Virus record (IMG/VR): IMGVR_UViG_3300042938_000809
Span: 1-63,000 of that record
Strand: one strand, 5' to 3'
DNA from: a virus
Lineage: Duplodnaviria; Caudoviricetes
DNA length: 63,000 nt
The translations under genes were made by a program, and so were the position numbers. Shown here piece by piece: positions 1 to 9,150 of the stretch (position 1 is its first letter; every line of letters starts with the position of its first letter). Under the pieces are notes generated by a model, which was given only the letters and a program-made list of their open reading frames with translations, was not told the DNA's origin and did not search any database.

Positions 1-760
1 GGTAATCAAGGACTTGAGAGGGATCAACGTTGTCAACTAATTTCTTAATTGCTTGCTTTTTTAATTCTGAAACTCTTACATAAGCACTATTTCCTTCGAT
101 ATTTAACAGTTCAGCAATAGTAATCGCAGAATGTTTATCGCAGTCTAATCCGTAACTTAATCTTAAAACTTCAAACTCACGATGATCTAAATGCCTCTTG
201 AGCAAACCAGTTAAGTAGATATTCATAAGATCTATATTATAACCTTCAGATAAATCTGGAATCTGATATAACATGTTATCCTCGTTATCGTCTTCCATCT
301 GTTCATCTACACTTAAGAATATTGAATTAAAGAACATTGCAACCATTTCATGGCTTTGGCCATTATCTTTACGCATTTCAATTAACTTATGTTCTGGAAG
401 TTTTATGCTGCCTCGATATATGTCTATATCTCTTCTAATTGAGCCTTTAATTCTTTTTGATAGAAATGACTTAATAGTTTTTTCTGGATCATTAGAATCA
501 GTTATTGTTGGCCATTCAATTTTATCAACGGCTAGTATTAAACCTTTAGACCCTGCTTGAATAAGATCTGTAATATCTAAGACTCCTGATGCTTGTGTAG
601 TTGTTGAAAACTTTTTAGCGATATTTTCCACTAAAGGAAGAAACTTAACGATCAATTCATCTCTAGTATATTCGTCCCAGAATTTACCATCGATGCGACC
701 CATTGACTGTTTAATATCTTCCTTATAGCGGATATAATTTTGTATATTATAACTTTTCAT
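1..760 (-). CDS. RNA polymerase sigma70-family factor (3' end runs off the window)
   Basis: Manual translation from ATG 760 (not in ORF track): MKSYNIQNYIRY...RDELIVKFLPLVENIAKKF...DLIQAGSKGLILAVDKI (region 2) ...LDHREFEVLRLSYGL...SAITIAELLNI...RVSELKKQAIKKL (region 4 HTH). Confidence 0.88.
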   Translation of the reverse strand, partial: MKSYNIQNYIRYKEDIKQSMGRIDGKFWDEYTRDELIVKFLPLVENIAKKFSTTTQASGVLDITDLIQAGSKGLILAVDKIEWPTITDSNDPEKTIKSFLSKRIKGSIRRDIDIYRGSIKLPEHKLIEMRKDNGQSHEMVAMFFNSIFLSVDEQMEDDNEDNMLYQIPDLSEGYNIDLMNIYLTGLLKRHLDHREFEVLRLSYGLDCDKHSAITIAELLNIEGNSAYVRVSELKKQAIKKLVDNVDPSQVLDY

Positions 761-1171
761 TTATGAAAGGAATATTTTAAGGGTTTCACCGCCATCTTGG
801 TAAGATAACTCTATTTCATTAAAGTCGTCCATTTCTTTATACAAAGTAAATATTCTACCGAAAGGGTATTTATTTTTGCAGTGGTTGATAACTTCAAGAC
901 GATTAACGTGTATAGCACTATTGCCATGCTGGATTAACGGCGCTGATGGAACAGCTTCGTATTTGAATTTACCAATGATGTATTGATTAATAAACTTACC
1001 CTTTGAATCTGAATCTGCAATGCCATTGAATACATGCTTTGGTACTTCTTTATAGATGTATTTACTTTTGTTAACGAACTCCACTTGTAAAGCTTCATTT
1101 TCAACATCATACTTTACTTCATTGATAGCCGTGCTATTTACTTTTACTGTTTCTAAAACGTTTGTTCTCAT
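761..1171 (-). CDS. KTSC domain protein with C-terminal extension
   Basis: VNSTAINEVKYD..LQVEF...YIYKEVP..F...SDSKGKFINQYI matches the KTSC pattern. Confidence 0.8.
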   Translation of the reverse strand: MRTNVLETVKVNSTAINEVKYDVENEALQVEFVNKSKYIYKEVPKHVFNGIADSDSKGKFINQYIIGKFKYEAVPSAPLIQHGNSAIHVNRLEVINHCKNKYPFGRIFTLYKEMDDFNEIELSYQDGGETLKIFLS

Positions 1172-1380
1172 AATTGTTCTTCTTTTTTATAAATTTCTAA
1201 TAGTTCTTCGTATGTTTTAAATGCTTTACCATTATACCATTCGCACCAATAAGCAAACCCAATAGCAAATTCATCTGCTATTTGTTCATGTTCAATAGCA
1301 ACTTTATTAACCATTCCTTCATAGTGTTCATCTTCTTCATCATTGATAAACCATTGCTCAAACTTTTCCTTTAGTGTCAT
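1168..1380 (-). CDS. hypothetical protein, tandem paralogue A
   Basis: Shares MTLxEKF...IADxFAIGFAxWC...ELLEIYKK with the neighbouring ORF; overlapping start/stop codons. Confidence 0.75.
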   Translation of the reverse strand: MTLKEKFEQWFINDEEDEHYEGMVNKVAIEHEQIADEFAIGFAYWCEWYNGKAFKTYEELLEIYKKEEQL

Positions 1381-1610
1381 AATGTTTTTTTATAAATTTC
1401 TAATAGTTCTTTTGTTGTAAATTTATTATCATTATCCCAATCCATTGATTCTGCCCAAAAGGATGTATTACCCATTCTAAAGTAATTGTCATCACACCAT
1501 TCTGCAAATCCAATAGCAAAATCATCTGCTATTTCCATTTGTTTATCAATCATTGTCATTTGCCAAATAGGATTGATGAGTACTTCTTTAAACTTTTCAT
1601 TTAGTGTCAT
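1377..1610 (-). CDS. hypothetical protein, tandem paralogue B
   Basis: Paralogue of 1168..1380 at protein and DNA level. Confidence 0.75.
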   Translation of the reverse strand: MTLNEKFKEVLINPIWQMTMIDKQMEIADDFAIGFAEWCDDNYFRMGNTSFWAESMDWDNDNKFTTKELLEIYKKTL

Positions 1611-2230
1611 AAATTTTTGTTTAATAGTTCTTTTTCTTTTTTTAATTCATTACTCATATTTCGATGTATTGTTCTGGTTGTACATCCTAATTCATTAGCT
1701 AACTTAACAACTGTGATTTTTACACCAGCATCGTTAAGATATAACATCATATCATATATATCGTTCTCAGAGACTTTCTTAGTCTTACCAATCATCTGTC
1801 CAACAATAGAAAGCTTCTCACTTAAACTCAATTTACATTTGTCATTGAATATAATCTTTCTAGTCTTATTAAATGGTGGAGTTTCTAGATCCTGAAGAGA
1901 TACATCGTATATCATGCTTTGTAGTAAAGTTTCATTAACATTAAAGGTAACGAATCCGTTATTCTTATTTGCAATAAACTTAGCTAAATTAACAAACTGA
2001 TCTTGATCCATAGAAGTATTAAGATACCATAAAACATATAAATGCCATTTCAAAGACTTATATGTAGGAATCTTGGCTTTACTTCTAAATAGATCATAAC
2101 ATTCATCAGTTCCATTTTCATAGTAGTCACCCCATTCAAACTTTTCAGTTGGTTTATCATTTATAGGAGATTGTTTATATATCACTCTTGTTTTATTTAA
2201 GTATTCTAAGTTTCTTTGATAATGCGACAT
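1607..2230 (-). CDS. DNA-binding protein with C-terminal helix-turn-helix (Rep/regulator-like)
   Basis: C-terminal KITVVKLANELGCTTRTIHRNM HTH; its start codon lies inside a 44-bp inverted repeat. Confidence 0.65.
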   Translation of the reverse strand: MSHYQRNLEYLNKTRVIYKQSPINDKPTEKFEWGDYYENGTDECYDLFRSKAKIPTYKSLKWHLYVLWYLNTSMDQDQFVNLAKFIANKNNGFVTFNVNETLLQSMIYDVSLQDLETPPFNKTRKIIFNDKCKLSLSEKLSIVGQMIGKTKKVSENDIYDMMLYLNDAGVKITVVKLANELGCTTRTIHRNMSNELKKEKELLNKNL

Positions 2231-2267
2231 TAGCCTGTTACTTATTATATTAATTAGCTTATGTCAC
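2224..2267 (-). repeat. 44-bp inverted-repeat element, copy 1
   Basis: Minus strand GTGACATAAGC-N22-GCTAATGTCGC; same element at 10235 and 12998. Confidence 0.85.
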
Positions 2268-2368
2268 TCTTTTCATATTCAAAAGTACCATATAACGTTT
2301 CATATATTATTTTTCCTTCGGATCTTTCTTCATTCATATCCATTATATATTCCTTTATCTTACTCATC

Positions 2369-2605
2369 TTAATTATTTTTTGCAAGTTCATCAGTTATTA
2401 TATTTATTTTTTCTGCTACTTCTGCAGCAAGTTCATATTTCTCATCCGCTACATACTTATCTCTAACTATCTTTAGAGCAGTTATCTTATCTATAAGTGC
2501 CTGGCGATCAGACGCATAATAGTAGTGTTTGTCCCATTCTTCTTGCTTCGCCAGTAGTTTTTGAAACACGCTTGATGCAATTTTCTCAATATCTTCATCT
2601 GACAT
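2369..2605 (-). CDS. small protein with UVR (UvrB/C)-like coiled coil
   Basis: KYVADEKYELAAEVAEKI resembles the UVR motif; start moved to MSDEDI to avoid overlap with the upstream gene. Confidence 0.5.
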   Translation of the reverse strand: MSDEDIEKIASSVFQKLLAKQEEWDKHYYYASDRQALIDKITALKIVRDKYVADEKYELAAEVAEKINIITDELAKNN

Positions 2606-2606
2606 A

Positions 2607-3008
2607 CTATTCATCTGTTTTAAGATCGCCATAAAATTCTTGCCATTGTGTTAATAGTATATCGTCTAACTCTTCTAAGATAGAGTCATTGTTAAGACAG
2701 ATGTTTTCTAGTTCAAGTCTATTGTCATAAGAGATATTAAACTCAGCAGAATCATAATCGATAACTTCAGTATTAGTACGATCTAAAAAGTTATCTAAAG
2801 AGCTTCTAACGGCTGCATTGAACTCTTGGAACTTAGCCTCATCAATAAGATAAGCGCTTGGCTGTGGCAACATTTCGTGTATAGCATGCAAAGATTCAGT
2901 TCTTAAACTAGATAGTAAGGTTATTACATCATCTTTAGAAAAGATACTTGGATAAGCGTCTATAGTTTTCGCTATTTGTACATCAAAAAGATCATTAATT
3001 TTTTCCAT
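2607..3008 (-). CDS. hypothetical acidic protein
   Basis: 133-aa ORF directly downstream of the promoter motif at 3040-3072. Confidence 0.7.
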   Translation of the reverse strand: MEKINDLFDVQIAKTIDAYPSIFSKDDVITLLSSLRTESLHAIHEMLPQPSAYLIDEAKFQEFNAAVRSSLDNFLDRTNTEVIDYDSAEFNISYDNRLELENICLNNDSILEELDDILLTQWQEFYGDLKTDE

Positions 3009-3255
3009 TGTTTTTAGTTGTTTGTTTGTTTATATTAATATTATCAGTTGTTGTTCGTGTTTGTTTTGTAAGACTATTATCGTCTAATTGTTCATTATAT
3101 TCTTCTATAGTGAAGTTTAATTTAACATTATGTTTTCTATCGCAAATTTCATTGCAATATAATGCTTGAGTAAATCCTCTATTTATAATCTTACTGCAGC
3201 AATGACATAGTGTTGCGCCATTACCATTATTAAACTTATGAATCGGTTTCATCAC
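2995..3255 (-). CDS. hypothetical protein with Cys cluster
   Basis: KPIHKFNNGNGATLCHCCSKII...YCNEIC; its 3' end overlaps a promoter motif. Confidence 0.55.
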   Translation of the reverse strand: MMKPIHKFNNGNGATLCHCCSKIINRGFTQALYCNEICDRKHNVKLNFTIEEYNEQLDDNSLTKQTRTTTDNININKQTTKNNGKN

Positions 3256-3439
3256 GTCTACCTATTGCCGCAAAATAAAATTCATCATTATCAAATACTA
3301 TTGCGGGGACACCGTCTTTTGAGTAGTGCCTTCTTAAGTATAATTCTATACTGTCCAATGTATTTTTTACTTCATTAGGGTCTTCTATTGTCATAGACAA
3401 TAACCCTTTAAATGTTAAACTGTAAGTTTCTTCTTTCAT
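3236..3439 (-). CDS. hypothetical protein
   Basis: ORF track; coupled to its neighbours. Confidence 0.6.
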   Translation of the reverse strand: MKEETYSLTFKGLLSMTIEDPNEVKNTLDSIELYLRRHYSKDGVPAIVFDNDEFYFAAIGRRDETDS

Positions 3440-4113
3440 ATTACTAATATATTACCATTACTACTTAATTTTCCAAATTTTCTATCAGTTACTACTGATC
3501 CATTACTAAAAAATGTATCACATATACTTAACTTCTGCAGTCCAGCATTAATAATGTCGCCGCCATTGTGTATATGACCAAATAAATGATATGCGGGTTG
3601 AACTTCTAATAACTTATTAAGCAAAGACTTATCACCGCAACATTCTAATTGATGATCACGGTTTTCAGACTTGTCTAGAATGCCTTTAGGAGGCCCATGC
3701 GTAACGACAATGTCGGTATTATCGTGTATAGCATCGCGCCAGAATCGGTCAAGTTTATTACGGTCTCTCATAAAAGACCAGTTGCCAAAGTTAGGAGTAT
3801 AAGGAGAACCAAATATTTTAAGACCTTCAATGGTAACATAATCATTTTCTAGGTATATAATACCGTTGTCTTCAAAATCTTTTTTAGTTACTAATTTCTT
3901 TTCAATGCTAGAGTCATGGTTACCAGCTACATATATTTTATACTTAGGCGATAACTCTTTATACCAGTCAATGAATTCTCTAACTTCAGGTTCATTATTG
4001 TATGGATCTCTAGGATTACTGCAATCGCCAGAATGTATTACCATATCAATTGCTATAGGTACTTTTAATAAGTCGTGATACGTATGAGTATCGGAGATGT
4101 GCCATATTTTCAT
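3436..4113 (-). CDS. calcineurin-like metallophosphoesterase
   Basis: Motifs DTH, GD, GNHD, THGPP, FGHIH. Confidence 0.92.
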   Translation of the reverse strand: MKIWHISDTHTYHDLLKVPIAIDMVIHSGDCSNPRDPYNNEPEVREFIDWYKELSPKYKIYVAGNHDSSIEKKLVTKKDFEDNGIIYLENDYVTIEGLKIFGSPYTPNFGNWSFMRDRNKLDRFWRDAIHDNTDIVVTHGPPKGILDKSENRDHQLECCGDKSLLNKLLEVQPAYHLFGHIHNGGDIINAGLQKLSICDTFFSNGSVVTDRKFGKLSSNGNILVI

Positions 4114-4114
4114 A

Positions 4115-4300
4115 TTATTCTTTTTTATAAAAATCTTTTTCTTCTAAAAATTCCCTGAAGCCTTCAACAATAGTTCTTTCTTGAAATGTAACGCCAATTA
4201 GTAAGGCATAGAATGTATCTATATAATCACCAATTGAAACATCATCATGATCAAATTCTGTTGTGTGTGTTTTTCCGTAACTTTCTATTGTAATTTTCAT
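4115..4300 (-). CDS. hypothetical protein
   Basis: ORF track; operon-like packing. Confidence 0.6.
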   Translation of the reverse strand: MKITIESYGKTHTTEFDHDDVSIGDYIDTFYALLIGVTFQERTIVEGFREFLEEKDFYKKE

Positions 4301-4491
4301 AATCTATTATCTTTTTCTATTAATTCTAATATATAACTCCATACTTTTTGTTCAAATATATCTCGCTTTTTTAATTGCTCTTGTCTATCTGTATCCATTT
4401 TCCAATATACATCATTATCATTAACTATTCCTGTCATTGATGCTAATTTAGCCCATACTTTATAAGCTGCTGCTTCTTTAATTTCTTGCAT
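4297..4491 (-). CDS. hypothetical protein
   Basis: ORF track; operon-like packing. Confidence 0.6.
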   Translation of the reverse strand: MQEIKEAAAYKVWAKLASMTGIVNDNDVYWKMDTDRQEQLKKRDIFEQKVWSYILELIEKDNRL

Positions 4492-4963
4492 AATTATGTC
4501 TTGTTATTATTTGTTCATTACTATTTCGTACGTTAACTTTTTCAGCTTCGTAATAATTCCAGTAAGCAGTTACACTATCGCCAGGAACTTTGTATTCATC
4601 AGGCATACATTGAGGCATTGGCGTAGCACCGATGTTTAACATACCACCGGGTACATTACTTAGTACATCTTCACACTTTGTTATAGTTAAATGCTTTTTT
4701 CCATAACGTTTAGTATACTCTTCGCCAAGCGCTAACATGTGAAAGTATAACCACGCATAATTGTCAGCGGATTCACGTGCCCATATAGCTGACGGATGAT
4801 TTTTATGGGTTGGCTTGTAAGGTACATTTGCATCATCGCCATCTAATACGTGGTGTGCAGTACATAATAATTGAGCGGATTCGAGGATCATTTTTACAAC
4901 GTGTTTATTGTACATCATTGTAGCCGCTTTGTCAGGGTCTTTGTCTAAATAAAAAATGTTCAT
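4478..4963 (-). CDS. pyrimidine-dimer DNA glycosylase / endonuclease V-like protein
   Basis: MNIFYLD...KHVVKMILESAQLLCTAH...YKPTHKNHPSAIWARES..NY.WL; start set at ATG 4963 because the longer ORF overlaps a promoter and the tmRNA. Confidence 0.72.
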   Translation of the reverse strand: MNIFYLDKDPDKAATMMYNKHVVKMILESAQLLCTAHHVLDGDDANVPYKPTHKNHPSAIWARESADNYAWLYFHMLALGEEYTKRYGKKHLTITKCEDVLSNVPGGMLNIGATPMPQCMPDEYKVPGDSVTAYWNYYEAEKVNVRNSNEQIITRHNYARN

Positions 4964-5031
4964 AGTTTGTTTGTTTATTATATTATCAAAGTTAATTCGT
5001 ATCCGGACTGTAAGACCGTGTATAGCATTAG

Positions 5032-5345
5032 TGGAGGCGGGGAGATTCGAACTCCCGTCCAAACAACTTTGGTTATTACAATTTATACAGCTTATGGGGT
5101 TAACTAGTCAGTTAACGTTTCCACCACTCTGTTTAATCTAACAGAGAAATCTTTCGATGCTACGCCGCTATAAGCCCTTTGACATCTGCGTTAATCAATG
5201 AATACACTTTGCTCATGTTAGCGTTAACTTGGTCAACATCTAACGAAATTACTTGGTTGTCATTTATTAAATTCACCTTAGTTTACAGTTATCTCTCTGG
5301 CTGATTGTAATAATTAGTGGTTGCCTGTCAAATCCAGTCGCCCCC
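5032..5345 (-). ncRNA. ssrA: tmRNA (transfer-messenger RNA)
   Basis: 5' GGGGGCGACTGGATTTGACAG; 3' GGGAGTTCGAATCTCCCCGCCTCCA; acceptor stem with G3:U Ala identity pair; internal tag frame 5261-5160 ending LIAA-stop. Confidence 0.93.
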
Positions 5346-5423
5346 TGTACGGGATTTTTGTCGATCTCTCTGAAGTTACCCCGTGCCTCTTCAGTTCATT
5401 CAAGCGCTACTTGACCTCTTTCT

Positions 5424-6032
5424 TTAATGTATGATTAACCCTACTTTGTTAGTCTTGTTAAACCATTTAGTAGCATATAAATCAATCTCGCTTGTATCTA
5501 CATATCCGAACTTAAGTAGTTCAATACTATTACTGAAGATTCTTGCATGACGATCAACTTCTGTATTGATCATGTGCTTTTGTTTACCAGACATACTATA
5601 AATGATGTCGTAATTTTCAGGTAAAGTTATTTCTTTAAGCAACTCAACCATGTTGGTGTAACTGTAAAACCTAACGTCGGGATTAGCTTTAGCAATTTCA
5701 ATCCACTTTTGTAGATATTCTCTGCTGTAGTAATCGCCGGAGTCGTGAACACGCACATATTGTGGTTTTCGCTTTTGAATTTCCGCATTCATCTCAACTA
5801 TGAAATCTGATGTTTTGGTTAATTCATATCGTCTCTCGAACGCTGGTTTTACATTACTCCATGTATACGCGCTTTTTCTAGCATAACAGAACTTAATACA
5901 TTCGTCAGCCATTGGGCAAGTTAATTTTCCTGTAATTGATTTGTATGCAGGTATTCCGAAGTTGAATACTTTAAGACCTAGTACTTTACTAGTCTTTTTT
6001 AATTTTGAATTCTGTGTTAATAAGTTAGCCAT
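5424..6032 (-). CDS. GP88-like protein with a radical-SAM-like Cys cluster
   Basis: TCPMADECIKFCYA, RVHDSGD, FYSYT motifs; start set at ATG 6032 downstream of the promoter at 6051-6083. Confidence 0.7.
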   Translation of the reverse strand: MANLLTQNSKLKKTSKVLGLKVFNFGIPAYKSITGKLTCPMADECIKFCYARKSAYTWSNVKPAFERRYELTKTSDFIVEMNAEIQKRKPQYVRVHDSGDYYSREYLQKWIEIAKANPDVRFYSYTNMVELLKEITLPENYDIIYSMSGKQKHMINTEVDRHARIFSNSIELLKFGYVDTSEIDLYATKWFNKTNKVGLIIH

Positions 6033-6090
6033 AGTTGTTTTGTTTATTATATTATCAATTATTATTCGTATTCGTTTTGTAATAGTATTT

Positions 6091-6163
6091 GGGGATCCGG
6101 CAGGAATCGAACCTGCATCGCTCAAGTTATTATGAGTCATGTTGCCATTTTCACTACGTATCC
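6091..6163 (-). ncRNA. tRNA-like RNA with non-canonical anticodon arm
   Basis: Acceptor GGATACG/CGGATCC (1 mismatch), T arm GCAGG-TTCGATT-CCTGC, D loop with GG, anticodon arm CTCA-TAATAACT-TGAG (8-nt loop). Confidence 0.7.
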
Positions 6164-6262
6164 ATTTTGTAGGATATCGCTAAACCTACTATGAATGGCC
6201 TATTCATATTCACCTATTATAGTTGCATTCTAAACGAGAAACTATAGTGTACGATTTTTTTG

Positions 6263-6412
6263 AAGCAAGGGCAGGACTCGAACCTGCACCGCATCCGCAC
6301 TCCTGCGTTGATCAATTTTTTTATTAACGTGAGGATCGCTTAACCTCAGTGCAGTTTTTTTGTGTCTACCTTGAAAGAAACTTTAGATTTCTAACTATTC
6401 CACCACCTTGCT
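6263..6412 (-). ncRNA. expanded (150 nt) tRNA-Leu-like RNA
   Basis: Perfect acceptor AGCAAGG/CCTTGCT, T arm GCAGG-TTCGAGT-CCTGC, Leu-type D arm TGGTGGAAT...GGTAGACAC with an ~26-nt insert, anticodon arm replaced by a ~70-nt branched structure. Confidence 0.72.
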
Positions 6413-6436
6413 AACCGACCGGGGTCACCCCAATCC

Positions 6437-6679
6437 CTAATCCAATAATACCATATAAGCATCAGGATTTGCACGTCTAAACCAATTCAATGCTTTGACA
6501 AAGGTTTGATCTTGTTTTCCTATATACACACAACCCATAATGAAGTCATACATACTTAATTCTGCAGGTGTTAAACCTATACTTGCACCACTGAACGGGT
6601 TAGTAACAACGCCGCCGTCAGTGTATAGCATTCCGTTAAACCACTTTGGTAACGGTTGTTCTTTAGTTTCTTTTATCAT
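6437..6679 (-). CDS. hypothetical protein
   Basis: ORF track; NPFSG..L...ELSMYDFIMG...Y.VLLD resembles a pattern seen in small phage proteins (from memory). Confidence 0.7.
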   Translation of the reverse strand: MIKETKEQPLPKWFNGMLYTDGGVVTNPFSGASIGLTPAELSMYDFIMGCVYIGKQDQTFVKALNWFRRANPDAYMVLLD

Positions 6680-6681
6680 AA

Positions 6682-6909
6682 TTATAAATCAGCAGTTAGA
6701 CAAATTCTTGTATCATTGTTTTTCCCTTCAAGGGCTAAAGTATTAGCGTTCCATGTTAATATTACGCCTAAATTCTTTGCAATTTCTAATGTTTTACGGT
6801 TTAAATTACCTTGTAATTCTAATCTATTTTTCCATAAAGTTACTACATAAAATTCATCAATATCATCATAAGGCATTGCTGTTAATTTGCATAATTCGTC
6901 TGAAATCAT
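6682..6909 (-). CDS. hypothetical protein
   Basis: ORF track. Confidence 0.6.
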   Translation of the reverse strand: MISDELCKLTAMPYDDIDEFYVVTLWKNRLELQGNLNRKTLEIAKNLGVILTWNANTLALEGKNNDTRICLTADL

Positions 6910-7103
6910 TGTTTGTGTTTTTTAAGGGTTAAGTCGTCTACTGTGTTTGTTATTTCTTTTACCATTTGTTCTAAGTAAGCAACAGTAAATAAACTGCGCT
7001 TGCCTTGCTCTTCTAATTCGTTAATATCATTACTCCAATCTTTAAGTAATACTTGTAATCCTTCTTTTAAGAACCACGCTTCCTGACCATTTAATTTTCT
7101 CAT
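6906..7103 (-). CDS. hypothetical protein
   Basis: Downstream of the promoter at 7130-7162. Confidence 0.65.
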   Translation of the reverse strand: MRKLNGQEAWFLKEGLQVLLKDWSNDINELEEQGKRSLFTVAYLEQMVKEITNTVDDLTLKKHKQ

Positions 7104-7133
7104 AGTTGTTTGTTATTAGTTACATTAATATTA

Positions 7134-7415
7134 TCAATTGTTATTCGTATCCATTCTGTAGAACTGATCTAACACTAGCTTCTCAAGCTTCTCTAATAAT
7201 TCGTCATCAAGATCGTTGTCATCAAAGAGTATAGTTATTTCTTCGTCACGTTCGTATTTACCGCCACGTACAGTTAACGTACCAGTATATTCATCGCCTT
7301 CAATTGTTACTTCGCCGCCAACAAATGTTACTTCTTCAGCGTCTAAAATTACATCAAAATAATAATGGTCTACTGTTCTGCTGGAATGGTGGCTTATGTC
7401 TACTATATCTTTCAT
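7134..7415 (-). CDS. hypothetical acidic protein
   Basis: ORF track; strongly D/E-rich. Confidence 0.6.
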   Translation of the reverse strand: MKDIVDISHHSSRTVDHYYFDVILDAEEVTFVGGEVTIEGDEYTGTLTVRGGKYERDEEITILFDDNDLDDELLEKLEKLVLDQFYRMDTNNN

Positions 7416-7651
7416 TATTTTACTACTTTTATAAATTGTCCGTTTTTATCGTATAATATGTTTAATTCTAATTCGTGATCTACTTTGTCGATCATTGCGT
7501 TAATATCTTGGAATTGTAAACCTGCAGAGAATTGTTCCGCTGTTAGTTTAGAACCGGCACAGTGTATAGCATAGTCATACAAGAGTTGCGGGTTGATATT
7601 TTTGTCATTGCGCATTGCAATCCATCTACTTTTTATTGCGTCTTTTACCAT
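7415..7651 (-). CDS. hypothetical protein
   Basis: ORF track. Confidence 0.6.
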   Translation of the reverse strand: MVKDAIKSRWIAMRNDKNINPQLLYDYAIHCAGSKLTAEQFSAGLQFQDINAMIDKVDHELELNILYDKNGQFIKVVK

Positions 7652-7801
7652 AAAATAATTCTATTCTTAAATAATTATTATACACTCTAGTATATGCTTC
7701 AGTCATTTTCTCATTACTACAATACTCTACATTTTGTATTGTATTCCGCATCCACGTATTAAACTTATCAGTTTCTTTAATTGCTAATTGCTCTATAGTC
7801 A

Positions 7802-8092
7802 TTAGTATTTTTCTTTAATTTCTGTTAATGTTAGGTTATAATGATTCCATAATTTAGTTCTACTAAATGCACTCGCTTTAGCACCGTATGAAGACTTCAT
7901 TTTCGTTTTGATTTGTTTATAGTCATCGCTATTAAACTGCTTGCACTTACCGTCAGTATTTACTGCATTGATACGGTTTGCTCTATTGCGCGCTTTCTTT
8001 TCTTCAAGATATTGACACGCTTCTTTCATATTGTTCGCTATTACTATCATTAGTCTTTGATTATATAAGTTAAACCGTTTAAATTGAACCAT
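7802..8092 (-). CDS. hypothetical protein (true start probably ATG 8050)
   Basis: ORF track; upstream part overlaps the previous gene. Confidence 0.5.
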   Translation of the reverse strand: MVQFKRFNLYNQRLMIVIANNMKEACQYLEEKKARNRANRINAVNTDGKCKQFNSDDYKQIKTKMKSSYGAKASAFSRTKLWNHYNLTLTEIKEKY

Positions 8093-8241
8093 TCAGAATA
8101 TCCGTCACGATCGTTTTCTGCATCGAACTTGAAACCGAATTTTTGTGGTAGATCACCGACAAGATATGGCGTGTATAGCACACCGTTTAGTTTAATAAAA
8201 TTGTTCTTTAAAAACTTGATTGATTTTTTTTCTTTGTTCAT
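8050..8241 (-). CDS. hypothetical protein
   Basis: Downstream of the promoter at 8268-8300. Confidence 0.65.
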   Translation of the reverse strand: MNKEKKSIKFLKNNFIKLNGVLYTPYLVGDLPQKFGFKFDAENDRDGYSEWFNLNGLTYIIKD

Positions 8242-8277
8242 AGTTGTTTATTGTTGGTTACATTATTATTATCAAAT

Positions 8278-8496
8278 CTAATTCGTATTCGTTCTGTAAG
8301 GGTGTTGAGCTATTAATTCTTTCGCTATTTCATCATGAATTTCTTCGATCATTCTAAGTATGTGGTATGACTCACGTGCTTGGTGATTGTCATTACATCT
8401 TAAGGCATCAGCGAGCACATCCGTATGCTCGTCTCTTAAATGGTCAATAGCCACTTGAATTACATTAGCTTCTCGCTTTGTTATAGTTATAACCAT
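8278..8496 (-). CDS. hypothetical protein
   Basis: ORF track. Confidence 0.6.
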   Translation of the reverse strand: MVITITKREANVIQVAIDHLRDEHTDVLADALRCNDNHQARESYHILRMIEEIHDEIAKELIAQHPYRTNTN

Positions 8497-8501
8497 AGTG
8501 T

Positions 8502-8747
8502 TTAGTCGTTTAAGTATTCAGTTAAAGCATAGTTAAATGCAGCTTCTAATAAATCAAGTTCACAAATTTCGTCAATTCTTTTATTAACTAATTCACATTC
8601 AAGAGCAGTGAATATAGGCTCGTCACTTCTGTCGATCACTTCAGACGGCTCGTCTTCAAAGTGAAATAATTTATCATTCAATACTAGATTGTCGACGAAA
8701 GACTTCATATCAGCTAAAGACTTAATTTGATTGTTTAAAAACTGCAT
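8502..8747 (-). CDS. hypothetical protein
   Basis: Downstream of the promoter at 8774-8806. Confidence 0.65.
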   Translation of the reverse strand: MQFLNNQIKSLADMKSFVDNLVLNDKLFHFEDEPSEVIDRSDEPIFTALECELVNKRIDEICELDLLEAAFNYALTEYLND

Positions 8748-8810
8748 AGTTAGTTTGTTTTAGTTACATCAATATTATCAAATACAATTCGTATTCGTTT
8801 TGTAAGAGTA

Positions 8811-8972
8811 TTATATTGCCATAATGTCGGTGCAATCATAGTCCTCCCAGTCTAATACAATTTCTGCTTTTCCGTATTGTTCGCTAACAATATCAATTGC
8901 TGATTGCTCGTCAACCGCATCAATGTATAGCACTCTAGATGCCGTCTCTGTAATTCTAATTTTATATTCCAT
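8811..8972 (-). CDS. DpnD/PcfM-like small protein
   Basis: Manual translation MEYKIRITETASRVLYIDAVDEQSAIDIVSEQYGKAEIVLDWEDYDCTDIMAI; pattern resembles the DpnD/PcfM family. Confidence 0.55.
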   Translation of the reverse strand: MEYKIRITETASRVLYIDAVDEQSAIDIVSEQYGKAEIVLDWEDYDCTDIMAI

Positions 8973-9150
8973 ATTATTGTTGTTTAATTAATTTCGGTTT
9001 CCACAGTCCTATTCTATTAGACGAAAATAACTTTCCGTAGTCTTGTGAGTATCTATAATGAGCAACTTCGTTAAGTGCTTTATAGTTGTATACTTCAATA
9101 TACACACCATTGCCGTAATATTCTAATACTTTATATCCTTCTTTCATAAC

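Noticed and set aside
4964-6140. N-terminal extensions of ORFs 4478..5062 and 5424..6140 in the ORF track
   Set aside because: They run through promoter motifs and the 3' ends of RNA genes; internal ATGs at 4963 and 6032 have typical A-rich leaders
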